This document shows, in pieces, positions 51,527 through 63,100 of a stretch of 64,000 nt of DNA (positions are counted from its first letter, which is position 1; each line of letters begins with the position of its first letter). The position numbers were made by a program, and so were the translations under genes. The notes under the pieces are model-generated. The model was given only the letters and a program-made list of their open reading frames with translations. It was not told the origin of the DNA and did not search any database. Source of the stretch: Azolla caroliniana (taxonomy: Eukaryota; Plantae; Polypodiophyta); the NCBI GenBank assembly GCA_043228905.1, contig JBHGNT010000008.1, positions 17,856,001-17,920,000 on the forward strand, written 5' to 3'.

Positions 51527-52454
51527 CTCACCACTCCGACATCCGGCCGGGTACATACCATCGCATACATCAAGCTCCCGACGGCAGAGGCATATGGTAT
51601 CTTCATCATATCCCTCTTCTCTGCCTTTGTCCTCGGGCTTTGTTTTCCGGAGAGCTTGTAATTTTCCGGAAGTGTCGATCCGACTGGTTTCGCCTCCGAC
51701 ATGTTGAACTGTTGAAACACCTTTGTCACATACTTCTCTTTTGACGGCCACAACAGCTTCTTTGACCGGTCCCGGATTATGTGCATTCCCAATATCTGTC
51801 TTGCCAGCCCCAAGTCTTTCATTCAGAAGGTCCGGTTCAAAGCCTTCTTCAGCATCCGAATCTTGCCTTGGTCTCGCCCGATGATCAGAATATCATCCAT
51901 ATACAGGAGGAGTATCTCCATCAAATTTCTTCACAAACACGTAGTGATCGGCCTGCATCTTGTGGTACCCTTGTTCTGTCATGAAGGAGTCGAACTTCCG
52001 GTACCATTGAAGGGGAGCTTGCTTCAATCCATACATGCTCTTCGTCAGCTGACACACCAGGTGCTCCTTCCCTTCTCAAATCCTTCTAGTTGATGCATGT
52101 AGATCTGTTCTTCGAGGTCGCCATGTAGGAATGTCGTCTTGACGTCCAGTTGCTCTACCTCGAGGTCCATGCTTGCCGCTATGCTCAATACCGTCCGGAT
52201 GGATGTCATTTTTACTATTGGGGCAAAGATCTCATCAATGTCCACTCCTTTCTTTTGCTAGAATCCCTTCACCACGATCCGGGCTTTGTATCTTGGTGGA
52301 TTTCCGGCATCTCCCAGTTTCAGTTTGTACACCCACTTGTTCCGGAGTGCTCTCTTTCGTTTCAGCAACTCCGTCAGTTCATACGTGTGGTTCTCATGCA
52401 AGGAGTCCATCTCGTCTTGCATGGCACTCAACCACTCTTCCTCCCTTGATCCCT

Positions 52455-52735
52455 CCCTACCTTTAGAAAGCCTTAGTACGAAAGTCACACACATCCTTCA
52501 CTCTACAACAACTAGCAGTTTCCCATATACAAAACATTAAAATAAAGGTAGATCAGGATCTATGCCACAAAATAAATGGTATGATGAGGATTGTAAGGAT
52601 TTACATAGACAACTTATAGCATCACAACTCAATGGTAGTATTACCTCAATACAATCTCGCAAAGAAATGCGTAAGATGACATGTCGTAAGAGATGAGTGT
52701 GGCAGGCATCCATATATTGGGAACTCTACCATATG
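52455..52735 (+). mobile_element. Short LINE ORF2 fragment (inter-domain region)
   Basis: PQNKWYDEDCKDLHRQL resembles the W(F/Y)DxxC linker motif of APE-RT LINEs. Confidence 0.55.
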
Positions 52736-53595
52736 GTCGTTCAGTTCCAGTGCTAACTGACGAGTTCTCAAATGATGATGGCCAGACTTCTTTCCGCATA
52801 CTAGGACTTACATTGCGTTCATTCCAATGAGTTGATCATACACCAGAAATTCCTGGAAGAGAGAGAAAAGAAGCCCTATCCATGTATAAATGACCCAATT
52901 TTCTGCTATCTGTATATACATCAATGGCCAATATTACCACTGAAAAACTCCCCATGAGATCAAAGTACACTTTGAATTTTTGTGTTCCATAGAATGCAAG
53001 CATCCAAAACATGCATTCAGAATACACTTTAAACTAAGTGCCTAAAAACAACATACCTTGAAATGCAGGCAAAAAACTTGCATTCAACCCCAGAGGATCA
53101 GGCTGGGGCTTTCTACGGCGTTCATTGTGGCCAGCAAGTCGCCGTCTACAACTTCGCTTACCTTCATCAAACTCAGTTAACCCATGAAACCTGTCAACTA
53201 TTCAAATTTGAGGTGAATTTTAGAACTATCAAGCATACCATATATGTATACATCCTCTTGATATAACTCAAGATCTTGCTGATTATGTACCTCTTATCAA
53301 AATGTACGGTGTGTTTGCACAAAATACACTATAGCATGAGAATATCACAATTTATAATCTACGCAGACAGCACACACTATAACATAAGAAAACAACGTGC
53401 AAAATGCAATAGGCTTGCCCCAAGGGAAATATATGCAAATGGAGAAATAGATAACACCATACTGTATATGTAAGAGTAACAAATATCTTGGAGTATTGTT
53501 GTGATCATAAAAATCAACTGAAACATCCAAACCCACCATTGCACAGTTGAAAGAAAAACAAATATTGGCAGGCATCCATATATTTGTTTTCTTTT
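52735..53595 (-). pseudogene. SPL: Captured SPL (SBP-box transcription factor) gene fragment: part of an intron, SBP exon 53057-53190, an intron, part of the next exon
   Basis: AG|G TTT CAT...CAA G|GT translates to (R)[30 protein letters not shown], the conserved SBP-domain C-terminus/NLS. Confidence 0.9.
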
Positions 53596-53960
53596 CTTCT
53601 TCTTCGGTCGATTTGGTTTCTTGTCCGTATCCGGCTGGTTCGTCGAGTGTCAGTCGGTTACCAGCTAACATCCGGTTTTCAACCGGGTTAGTCCTTGTGT
53701 CCTCAAGCCGGTCTTCATTGGATGATCCGGAGTTCATCACCTTCGTCTCCGACTCCTAGTCGGCAATGGTCTTGTCTTCCATGAAGACTATGTCTCGGCT
53801 CCGGAACACCTTCTTGTCGACCAGATCACACACCCGGTAACCGAACTCATCATCGTCGTATCCAAGGAATATGCATGGCCTGGACTTCGGATCTAGCTTT
53901 GCTCTCTTATCCTTTGCAACATGCACGTAGGCGAGACAACCGAACACCTTTAGATGCCGG

Positions 53961-56535
53961 TGTTGGCCGGCAAGACCAAATGGCCAATTAGAGTCCAGAA
54001 TTTGAAAGGGGTATTAATTAAGGATAGGGAGTTGTTATAGATAAATATTATGTTATTTTGAGAAGCGGTGTTGTGAAGGATTTGCTTCACAATATAAACA
54101 TAAATTTAAATATTGTATTTAGTAATATTTCAAACACTTAAACCCACAACCTTATAAACCAAGCAAAATGTATATACCACTAAGCTAGGCTATTTGTTTT
54201 TAGAAATGTTCTCAAGAATGTGCTTCACTATATAAGAATAAACCTAAATATTGTATTAAGCAAAATTGAGGGACTTAAACCCTCAACCTTGTATACCAAG
54301 CACAAAGCATACACCACTAAGCTAGGTTACTTATTTTAAAGTTTTATGTTCATCATTATAGTTATCCCATATATATTTTCATACATGGGAGCTAGATGAG
54401 CATGATGGCTATCATGCCATGCATGTTATGCACCCACACATTATCATTTGCATGAGAACAACTATATAAAGAGGATCAAGGGAAAACAGGGGAATCAATC
54501 AATAAAGAGAAAGTTAGAAATGAAATAAACAAGTTAGCTTGTTGGTGAAGAGGCTCGGGTTTCCAAGTTTGAGTCAAGGGTTCAAATAAAGAGTCGGTAG
54601 AGAAAGGGTTCATCTTGTTATAAGGCATTGTAATGTTGGTAAAAACTTGTTCTCTTCATGTTCATATCTTATAGTCTTTCTTCTTAAATCATACATTCTC
54701 TCTATCTTTTATCTATGCTCATCTCTCCCACACACATTACTTTAAACTCTTATTCTTCTTATCCTTAATCTTCCTAACATTTGTGCTCAAAGGCTTATAA
54801 AATTTTCGTCAACTCCTTTTAACCTTAGTCCCTGCGACTTCGCCACACAAACCACAACTACCCCGACACATTTGGTGAACCTGACATGAAGGCGGCATGA
54901 AGGAAAAATGGAGGAGCAAATGAGGCTTATGTGTAAGATAATGGAACGAATGATGCGAGAGCAAGGGATGATGGCAAGCATCGACAAAGCCGTCGACAAT
55001 ATTCTGGCACGAGCAGGAATCTTCGAAGGTATAAATTTAACAAGATTTCTGAAGATTTACAGTGAAGAAATGCTTAAACGTGGTGTCGACGAAGCTGCCA
55101 AAATTAATAGCTTTAGTCGAGTCTCTATGATTGGGCTACAACAAAGAATCGAGGAGCTATAGATGGAGCATCAAACGTGGGCGACTTTCGAAAGAGCATT
55201 ACTCAATGAATAAAAGCTCAATGATATGTCAAGGATGACAAGGCAAGTTTTCATGGATTGGGTAGAGTCTGACAAACATTTATGTGTTTTTGAAGTGTTA
55301 AAAGAGTTTTCAGAAAGATTTGAGCAATTAAATGTTAGGGATAGAAACATAATAATGCCAGATAAAATAATATTGTTTCTACAAGCTACTAATATTAAAG
55401 ACAGGAAAGACTTAGGAATGCTTCTAGAAGATCAAAATAGTCCAAATCGACTTACTGAAGACTGGGAGGAGGTGAAAAGGGCTTGCGTCCATTTTTGTAA
55501 AAGAAAGTTACGGTTTATGGAGCTGCCAGAGAGGAAGGGAGACGAAATGGGAAACGTCTCGGGAGAGAAGAAAATACAAGATTCACTCTTGCATGAGTTG
55601 GTGAAAGGCATGAAAGACTTGTCCATCAAAGTGACGAAGCTAGAATCAGGACAAAGCTCAACTTCGTCAAGGTAATGAGGTGGAATGGTTCGAAGGTGTA
55701 TGTGGTGTGACAGTATCGACCATCAAAAGAAAGATTGTCAAGAACATAGGGATGCTCTTAATCATGATAAAATCTATTATCCAGATGGTAAGATTCACTC
55801 GACAGAGACTCAACAACCACTTCAACTCAACTTCGGGCGAGGTGGAATGAAAAAGCTAATGGAAGATGTCGAGAGAGAAACAACGCAAGCGATACAATCC
55901 GTCATAACGTTAGGGTTGCGTGTAAAAGACTCATATGGTGGATCTGGCTTTTGGCAAGATGTGATGGATTATGCAAGAAAAGGGAAGGTTCAAGTGGATG
56001 AATTAAAAAGAGCAGGAGATGAAATATTGAATTTCACTAGATGGAATGATCCAGTGGACACACTCTCAGCATTCGCCCAAGTGAATGCACAAGAGGTACT
56101 AGTGGAAGAGAAGCGAAAGAGAGCTGAGGAGGCTGATCCGGCAAAGAAACATGAGACACGAGAACAAAAGAGAAGGGATATGGAAAAGGTTGCTCCTAAG
56201 ATAAAGGAAGCTGATAGAGTAAAAGGGAAGACAGTTCCATCTTTAAAGCTTGCTTCAGACATAGAAACAACGATGGATATAAAAAATGTACTAGAAAGAA
56301 GAATATTAAATAGTAAGGTAGAATTTACTTTCAGAGAAGTGTTGGGTATAGCAAAGAAAGAATTTCATGAAGTTATCATAGATATTATTAGAAGAAAGAG
56401 ACAAGTGACAGAGGAAGTTACGGGAGGGTGTGCAACAACACTTTGAGATTTGTATGGTAGTACCATTAACACTGAAAGTGTAAAAATCAGAAATGATGTT
56501 GGGGTTCATGAAGAGGATAGGAGTCACTATACAAG
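53961..56535 (+). mobile_element. Trp-primed Gypsy element F: 5' LTR 53961-54868, PBS 54873-54890, gag 54908-56530; truncated
   Basis: TGTTGG...CCGACA; TGGTGAACCTGACATGAA; CMWCDSIDHQKKDC knuckle; left flank CCGG. Confidence 0.82.
54082..54340 (-). other. Tandem pair (~139-bp unit) of tRNA-like modules in the F LTR
   Basis: Copy 54266-54330 reverse complement: TAGCTTAGTGG, arm TTGTG-CTTGGTA-TACAA, T-arm GAGGG-TTTAAGT-CCCTC. Confidence 0.75.
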
Positions 56536-58869
56536 TCCTCGTAAGTCGATCTTTGTGAAGAACCTGGCACCATTGATCCGTTCTAAAAGACTTGAGATAA
56601 GGGGAAGTGCGTACCTATTCCTAATGATGACCTTATTCAAGCCATAGTAATCTACGACGAGACGAAGTGATCCATCCTTTTTCTTGACGAAGAAAATGGG
56701 TGCGCCGGCTGGAGATTTTGAATGTCGAATGAAACCATTTGCCAAATTCTCCTCTATATAGGATCGAAGGACTTCTAGCTCAGTTGGTGCCAAATTGTAG
56801 ATCGGTCCCGTCAGTGGCTCTTTTCCCGGTTGTAAATCGATGGGGCAATCATATGGTCAATGGTGAGGAAACGTATTGGCTAGAACTTTATCAAACACAT
56901 CGGCATAATGATGATACTTCTCTGGAAGTTGAACGGTGGACTCCTCTTTAGTGGTGTTGGAGATTTTTATTGATACTGCGAAGAGAAACATTTCTTCCTT
57001 GTGTCCCTCCTCACGCAACTGATGTAGCGAAATGGTTACAATCTTATGAGTAGATCCTCGGGTTTGTCGATATCGAATTTCTCTTGTTCTCCAATTTGTG
57101 TCTAGGTTATGTAATTCAAGCCATGGTAATCCCGAAACAATGGAATGTTATGGGATACTAATTATATTAAAGGATACTACACACGCTAAATTATCTAGGA
57201 CAATATTAATGGGCTCTAACTCTTCTATGATATTTCCGGAAGCAAGGGGATGACCATCAATGACTACTACAAAGGCTGGACATGGGAGTTTCCTTAGGGA
57301 TATCTGATGAGCTTGGGCAAAATTCCAATCCATGAAGTAAGAATTAACTCCGGAATCTAGCACTGCTGAGACATGTACTGGAGAGGTACTTTTAGTACTA
57401 ACGATTACTTGGGCTAAGAACACATTGCTAACTTGCTTAGAAGGAATGGAACCACTAATGGGCTGCACAGATCTAGGGTTGTCCAACCAAACGGCTCCTA
57501 TTTTGGCTGGACTTAGTCGTTTAACTCTTCTTCTAACTAACTAAGGACATCAAATTTGTTCAATAGATTTGGGTTATTAGTACTATTAGGACTATGAGAT
57601 ATTCCTACTGAAATAGACTCAGGTTTAGTACAACTAGAACTAGCAACTATTGGGTTCACCTGTCTTCTTGGCCTATGGGGACATTTCACTGCAATATGCC
57701 CTGGTCCACCGCAATAAAGACATAGTCGATTTGTTCGGCGTCGCTACTTTTCTTCTTCCGATAATGGTCTGCGACGACGTGTAGTGTCAATTTCCATCCC
57801 AGTTGGAGTATTCAGTGGAGACACATTATATGACTCCCTTGGAAAAGGTTTTGCTACGACTGAGGCGTAGGTGCGCTGTGATCTTGTCCTTGGCATCTGG
57901 AACTGACGTTCTGAACGTCGTTCGAAAAGACAGTTGTCGCATCTCATCGCGCGACTGATTGCTTCTGTCAATGACTTTGGTTCTTCGGGGAAGGTCAAGA
58001 GTAATCGGTGGGATATTGGGAAGGATGCATTTGAATGACTAATCATACCTAATTAAGGAATCCTCTAAACTGTGATCGCGTTCCATCGAATTTCATGGGA
58101 AGGCTGATCTTGGGTTCTTTATGAACCCCTTGCGTACTAAATCCTTGTTGTTGCATTGCTACTATGGTTGCTTCGAGTTGTTGCACGTGTAACGCTAGTT
58201 CCCCGTGTTGTTGTTGCGTCTGTTGCTTCTCTAAGGAGATTTGTTGAAGCTCCCCCAACAATCATTGATTTTCTTGTTCCAATGCGAGAAACTTCTCTTT
58301 CAAGCATTGCAACTCTGAAAAAATGGATTTATATTCTTGAGCGCTAACAGTGGCCATAGTATGAGAGAAAAGAGGAATAAGATATTGTATGAAGGGAGGG
58401 AGAAGTAAGAAGATAAAGGAAGAGAAGGAAGGAGTCTGAAATCGGTTCAAACTGTCAGGAGCAGTACTAAGACAAAGAAGGAATTAGTACTAAAAAGTAC
58501 TAAGGGAGGTGTAGAACTCTCGAGAGAAGGAAAGAGTGAGTGACTGAGAGAGAGAGAGTGAGAGAGAATGATGATAAATATATATATATATATTATGTTA
58601 AGAGATTATACAATAGTAGCTAGGAGGCTTAAGACTGATGTTGAACCAATTTGGTTCGAAATAATGCCTCATGCCTCCTTTTATAGTGTTCTCAAGAGTA
58701 CTCTTGAAGTTTCTATAATGTTCCAAAGAAATCTGGAATATACATCAATTTTTTATAGTAAAACTTAAATGAAAATAATATCCTTCGTATTACAACATAT
58801 AGTCTAATGGTCAAGACCTCGACCCATGTAACATAAGGTCATGGGTTCGAGTCTTGCCATATCATGACA
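56535..58869 (-). mobile_element. Tcn1-like element E4: 5' LTR 58453-58869, gag, PR, RT start; 3' half lost
   Basis: Same LTR and ORFs as E1/E2; self-priming site at 58439-58450. Confidence 0.88.
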
Positions 58870-61530
58870 ATTGACAATGGACATGCTTAAGTCGAGTCTT
58901 CTACATGAATAAGCACGACAAAACGAGCATGACGCCTTGGTCATAGAAAACAACCCCAATAGAGGAACGACGAAACGAGCATGACGCTTTGGTCATAGAA
59001 AACAACCCCAATAGAGGAAGAAGCCATACTCGGGGTCCACAAGATCACAGAAATAATGTAGAGGGGGAGGTCAAAATCTAGAAGTAGGAAAGATTTCTCA
59101 TGTCGTTATTGAGGTGGTCCAAATCACTACGAAAGAGATTCTAGGAAGAAAAAGGGGGACCAAAAGAATGGAACCACTAACGACAAGAAAAATGACCCGA
59201 TAACAACCACAATATTATTATCGTCTGTGATGATCCTTGTGATAGTTTAGCATGTCAACGAACTGATTAGGTCATTGACTCGGGAGTCTCGTATCACATT
59301 ACCTTGTATCGGGAGATGTTTGAGTCATATACCGGTGGTGACTTTGGTAAAGTCAAAATGGCAAACCACGGTGTGACAATGGTTGTTGGCATAAAGGATG
59401 AAGCCTTGGTCTCAGACTTGTATTGAGGGACATTAGACATGTACCGGATATTTGGTTGAATATCATCTCTGCCGCTATGCTTGATGATGAGGGATATGAA
59501 AACCACTTTGGTGAAGGAAAATGGAAACTCACCAAAGACTCACATAGCAAGCTATCTAAAATAGAATTCCCTCTATCTAATGCAAGCTGAAATGTATACG
59601 CACAAATAATGGGGCTGAATATAGGCAACAATTTGGGAAATATGGTCGTGAGCATGGTATCAGGCTTGAGAGGAGTGTTCGGAAAACACCTCAGCACAAT
59701 GGGGTGGTTGATAGGATAACTAGGACAATTTGTGAGTGGATAATATGTATGCATTCACACTCAAAATTGCCTAAATCCTTTTGGAGTGAAACAATGAGGA
59801 CTATAGTTGACCTGATGAATCTGTCTCCACCAGTCCTTTTTTGGGATGATGATGTACCTGAGAGGGTGTGGAGAGATAAGGAGGTGCCATACAAACACTA
59901 GAGTGTTTGACTATAGGGCTTGTTTTCACATCCGAAAGATGAAAGTTCCAAGCTTAATAACAAATGTAAACCATGCATATTTTCTAGGATACGGCCATGA
60001 GGAATCCGGTCGTAGACTATACGACCCAGTAGAGAAGGTCATTAGACATAGGAATGTGGTATTTCCTAAGGAGCCGAATGAGATGCCAAATTTCACCCCT
60101 GCTTTTCGGTCACCAAATATTCAACTCCTGCTCTACAAACCCAAGGTCGCGGGGGAGATGTGGAGGAGTATGATGATATAGCTGATGATCCAGCCGATGA
60201 TGATGATGGGTAGGATCATGATCATCAAATTGTAGGTGACTAGATAGATGATGTTTCAGCATCTCCACCGGAGGTGGAAGAGGTGAGAAGGTCTATGAGA
60301 TAAAGATGATCTTCTACTAGGTACCATTCACATGATTCTGTGATGTTCATAAATGGGGAGAAACAAAAAGCTTTGAAGAAGCTTGAAGTTTGCAAATGAA
60401 AAGCAAACCTAGTTGCGCCCCCCACTTGAAATGGAGGGGGAGAATTGTTGGGTGTATCCACTCAAGTGGAGCCCACAACCGCCAGACGGCCGAGAGCCAA
60501 GAGCTGGCAAACGGCTAAAAGATGAGAACAGAGAGCTGAGAGTTGAGAGTCGGATGACATTTGAGTACCAGTTGAGCGCCGAATCGGCTGGGTGCCAATT
60601 CGGGCTGAGCACTGATTCGGTCGAATGCCGAATCGGTTGCATACCGATTTGGCTTAATGTCGAACCGACTTGGGGCTAAAAAGAGAAAAAGCTATAATTA
60701 GTTATAACTATATTTATATATACTTATTTACAAATATATACATATACATATATATATGGGATATATATATATCTATGTGTGTGTGTGTGTGTGTATGTGC
60801 GAGGTACCAAAAGAGACGTTGCACAAAAACAAGAGCAACACATATAAAAGGCGTGGACACACATACAGAGAACGAACTAAGAGATTGAGACACCGAGAGC
60901 AAGAGAAAAGCAAAGATAACTTTGAGTACAGAGACAACAGAGAGAGATACAATTGAGAGACAACGGTATACAAGAGAAAATAGAGAAGTGAGAGAACAAA
61001 GAGAGAAAAATAGGAAACAAAGAGACATAGTGTCCGAGTACGAGAGCAAGAGAGAGAGTGCTTTGCACAAGAGAAGACAAAGATCCATGAGGGGTTGTTC
61101 GTGATGTAAGGAACCCACGACTGTACAACACCTCTCATGTCCATCCGTATCAGGTTCTTTCGTTTGGTGTTTTTCGTAGTTTTCTACTTTTTGTTGTTTT
61201 ATCCACCCAATCGGGTAAAAGGTAGTGGCCAAGGTTGTTGCCTTGAGGCTAGTACATTTCGTCTAGTCAAAACCTAGAGAGAATGTACTCAGTTTTACTC
61301 ATTGTTGTTTTATCCACCCAATCGGGTAAAGGTTGTAGCTAAGGTTGTATTCGGTTGTACTCGAACATAGTGAAGTTGTTTGGAACCTATGGTTCCCGTG
61401 GTTTTTACCTATTTTGGTTTTTCCACGTTAAAAATTTTGTTGTACTCTGATTTTCTGTCTTGTGGTTTCATCTATTGTTAATTGTGTTCGTAATGCAAGC
61501 TTATCTTCATTTAGTCCCATATTCCTAACT
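58870..61530 (+). mobile_element. Old Copia remnant with 3' LTR (~60446-61530)
   Basis: PR VIDSGVSYHIT; INT PQHNGVVDR and LPKSFWSE; PPT GAGGGGGAGAAT at 60434-60445 followed by TGTTG. Confidence 0.75.
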
Positions 61531-62148
61531 ACTCAAAGCCCTTCCAGAATAAATTGATGAGACTTTTGAATAAGGCTCCATACACCATTCAAAATCTTTG
61601 AGAGGGGCACCTATTTTTTCCTTTATTCAAGAAAAAGAAGATGGATTAACATTGTGAATACATGTATATTACCACAACCTAACCAAGAAACAGTTAGTAA
61701 TCTTTCTTTCTTAACATTGATTGCTCCAAGAACTTCTCAAGCGATTATAGACTAAAGTCAACATTCAAGGAGCTGATAGCCTAGTCCCAATCAAGCCTGC
61801 TGTCAAGTGGAAAACAAATTTCCAATTTCTATGGTACGACCATTTTGAGTACATTGTGATCTTGTTCTGCCTCACAAATAGACGGACCGGTCAGGTTGAA
61901 CAGAATTTTGTGGGAAAATACATGATCCATTTATTGTAGTATTTTTACTCATACGCATAGTGTCTATCACGTGCACATATTGTGTAAGTTGGCTTTATTC
62001 TTTGTTTATCCATAATCTGTGTCACATACCTCGACATGCAATTACAACTAGAGCATCTGCAGGTTTGCAGATATTATTGTCTCGATTACGGCCATATTGC
62101 GATTGTAGTGTTTTTGGCATACACGTGTTACCATATGTACTTTGTTTG

Positions 62149-62180
<32 letters not shown>

Positions 62181-62368
62181 CATACATAATGAATGATTTG
62201 ACCATTTATAACGGAAGATTACGAAGTGATTATTGTGAGCACAATATATATATATTATTAAATCGAATTCATTCCAGCGGACAGATAGATAGCTACATAG
62301 GTCGTCGATGGTATAAGGATGATGAGGTTTATTTGATATATTGTACGTTCATACTAGACTACAGGTAT

Positions 62369-63100
62369 TCAAGCTACGGTAGCCTTCTTCACGCTGGCGG
62401 TGAGGGCATCCACTTCAGACTGGCCGATGCCGAACGTATTCTGAAGCACTGTGCCGGGCAGTGGAGGGTTAGCAGCAAAGAGGGCCACAGCAAGCTGAGA
62501 CACCCCTGGATTCTGGCTGTTCAGGGCCGCGATGGCCAGCGCGCGATTCTTCTTGTCCAGGTTGATCTGGAAGTGGGCGAGGCCGCGGGGGAAGACGAAG
62601 AGATCTCCGGGGTAGAGCGTGGCCTGGAAGAGGGTGTTGTTGGGGGCGGTGGAGACGAAACCGACGGTGAGCGTGCCCTGCACCAGATAGAGCACCTCCG
62701 TAGCACGCGGGTGGACATGGGGTGGGTTTAGACCACCGTTGGGCGGGAAGTCGATGCGAGCGATGGATAGGCCCAGAGTGTTGAGGCCGGCGAAGTTGGC
62801 TACAGACGCAAGGGTAACATTGGCCGCCTTACTGCCATTAGTATAATAGGAATCATAAGTGGATGGTGGTGATCGCAGCAGTGTGGATGTGAAGTCCTGG
62901 GCTGTGACTTTGTCGGCTGGCTTGCAGGTGCGGCCATTGATGGTGATGGGTGCAGCTGTATTGGCATCGGCCACACAAAAATCTTGGAGCGGGTCCTCGT
63001 CCGCTGCACCCACAAGCTGGGCAGGAGGAGCCATTACACATAGAGCGACAACAAGGCTGAGGATTAGCAATGTGGAAGAGGAGGCCAGGAAAGAAGCCAT
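62369..63100 (-). CDS. Germin-like protein (cupin_1), paralog 2
   Basis: Same germin boxes and Mn ligands (PHVHPRATE, HFQ); near-identical to 39921-40658. Confidence 0.95.
   Translation of the reverse strand: MASFLASSSTLLILSLVVALCVMAPPAQLVGAADEDPLQDFCVADANTAAPITINGRTCKPADKVTAQDFTSTLLRSPPSTYDSYYTNGSKAANVTLASVANFAGLNTLGLSIARIDFPPNGGLNPPHVHPRATEVLYLVQGTLTVGFVSTAPNNTLFQATLYPGDLFVFPRGLAHFQINLDKKNRALAIAALNSQNPGVSQLAVALFAANPPLPGTVLQNTFGIGQSEVDALTASVKKATVA

Larger units (their letters stand above)
49780..53960 (-). mobile_element. Copia element H, 3' half (INT end, RT, RH, PPT, 3' LTR ~49780-50371), with foreign inserts
   Basis: KLDPKSRPCIFLGY, NKWVYKLK, QLDVKTTFLHG, VALSTTKAEY; PPT GGGGGAGAT at 50372-50380. 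Confidence 0.85.

Noticed and set aside
52735-53595. Functional SPL gene
   Set aside because: No SBP exon 1 or promoter; in-frame stop in the following exon; embedded in Copia pol
54069-54080. Alternative LTR start TGTTGTGAAGG for element F
   Set aside because: Host Copia sequence stops at 53960 and TGTTGG pairs better with the CCGACA end; a nested LTR tip here cannot be excluded
7025-58859. tRNA-like modules as functional tRNA genes
   Set aside because: Acceptor stems are missing or degenerate and all copies lie inside LTRs; reported as tRNA-like only
60714-61232. Hydrophobic membrane-protein-like ORFs
   Set aside because: Translations of GA/TG microsatellite-rich LTR sequence
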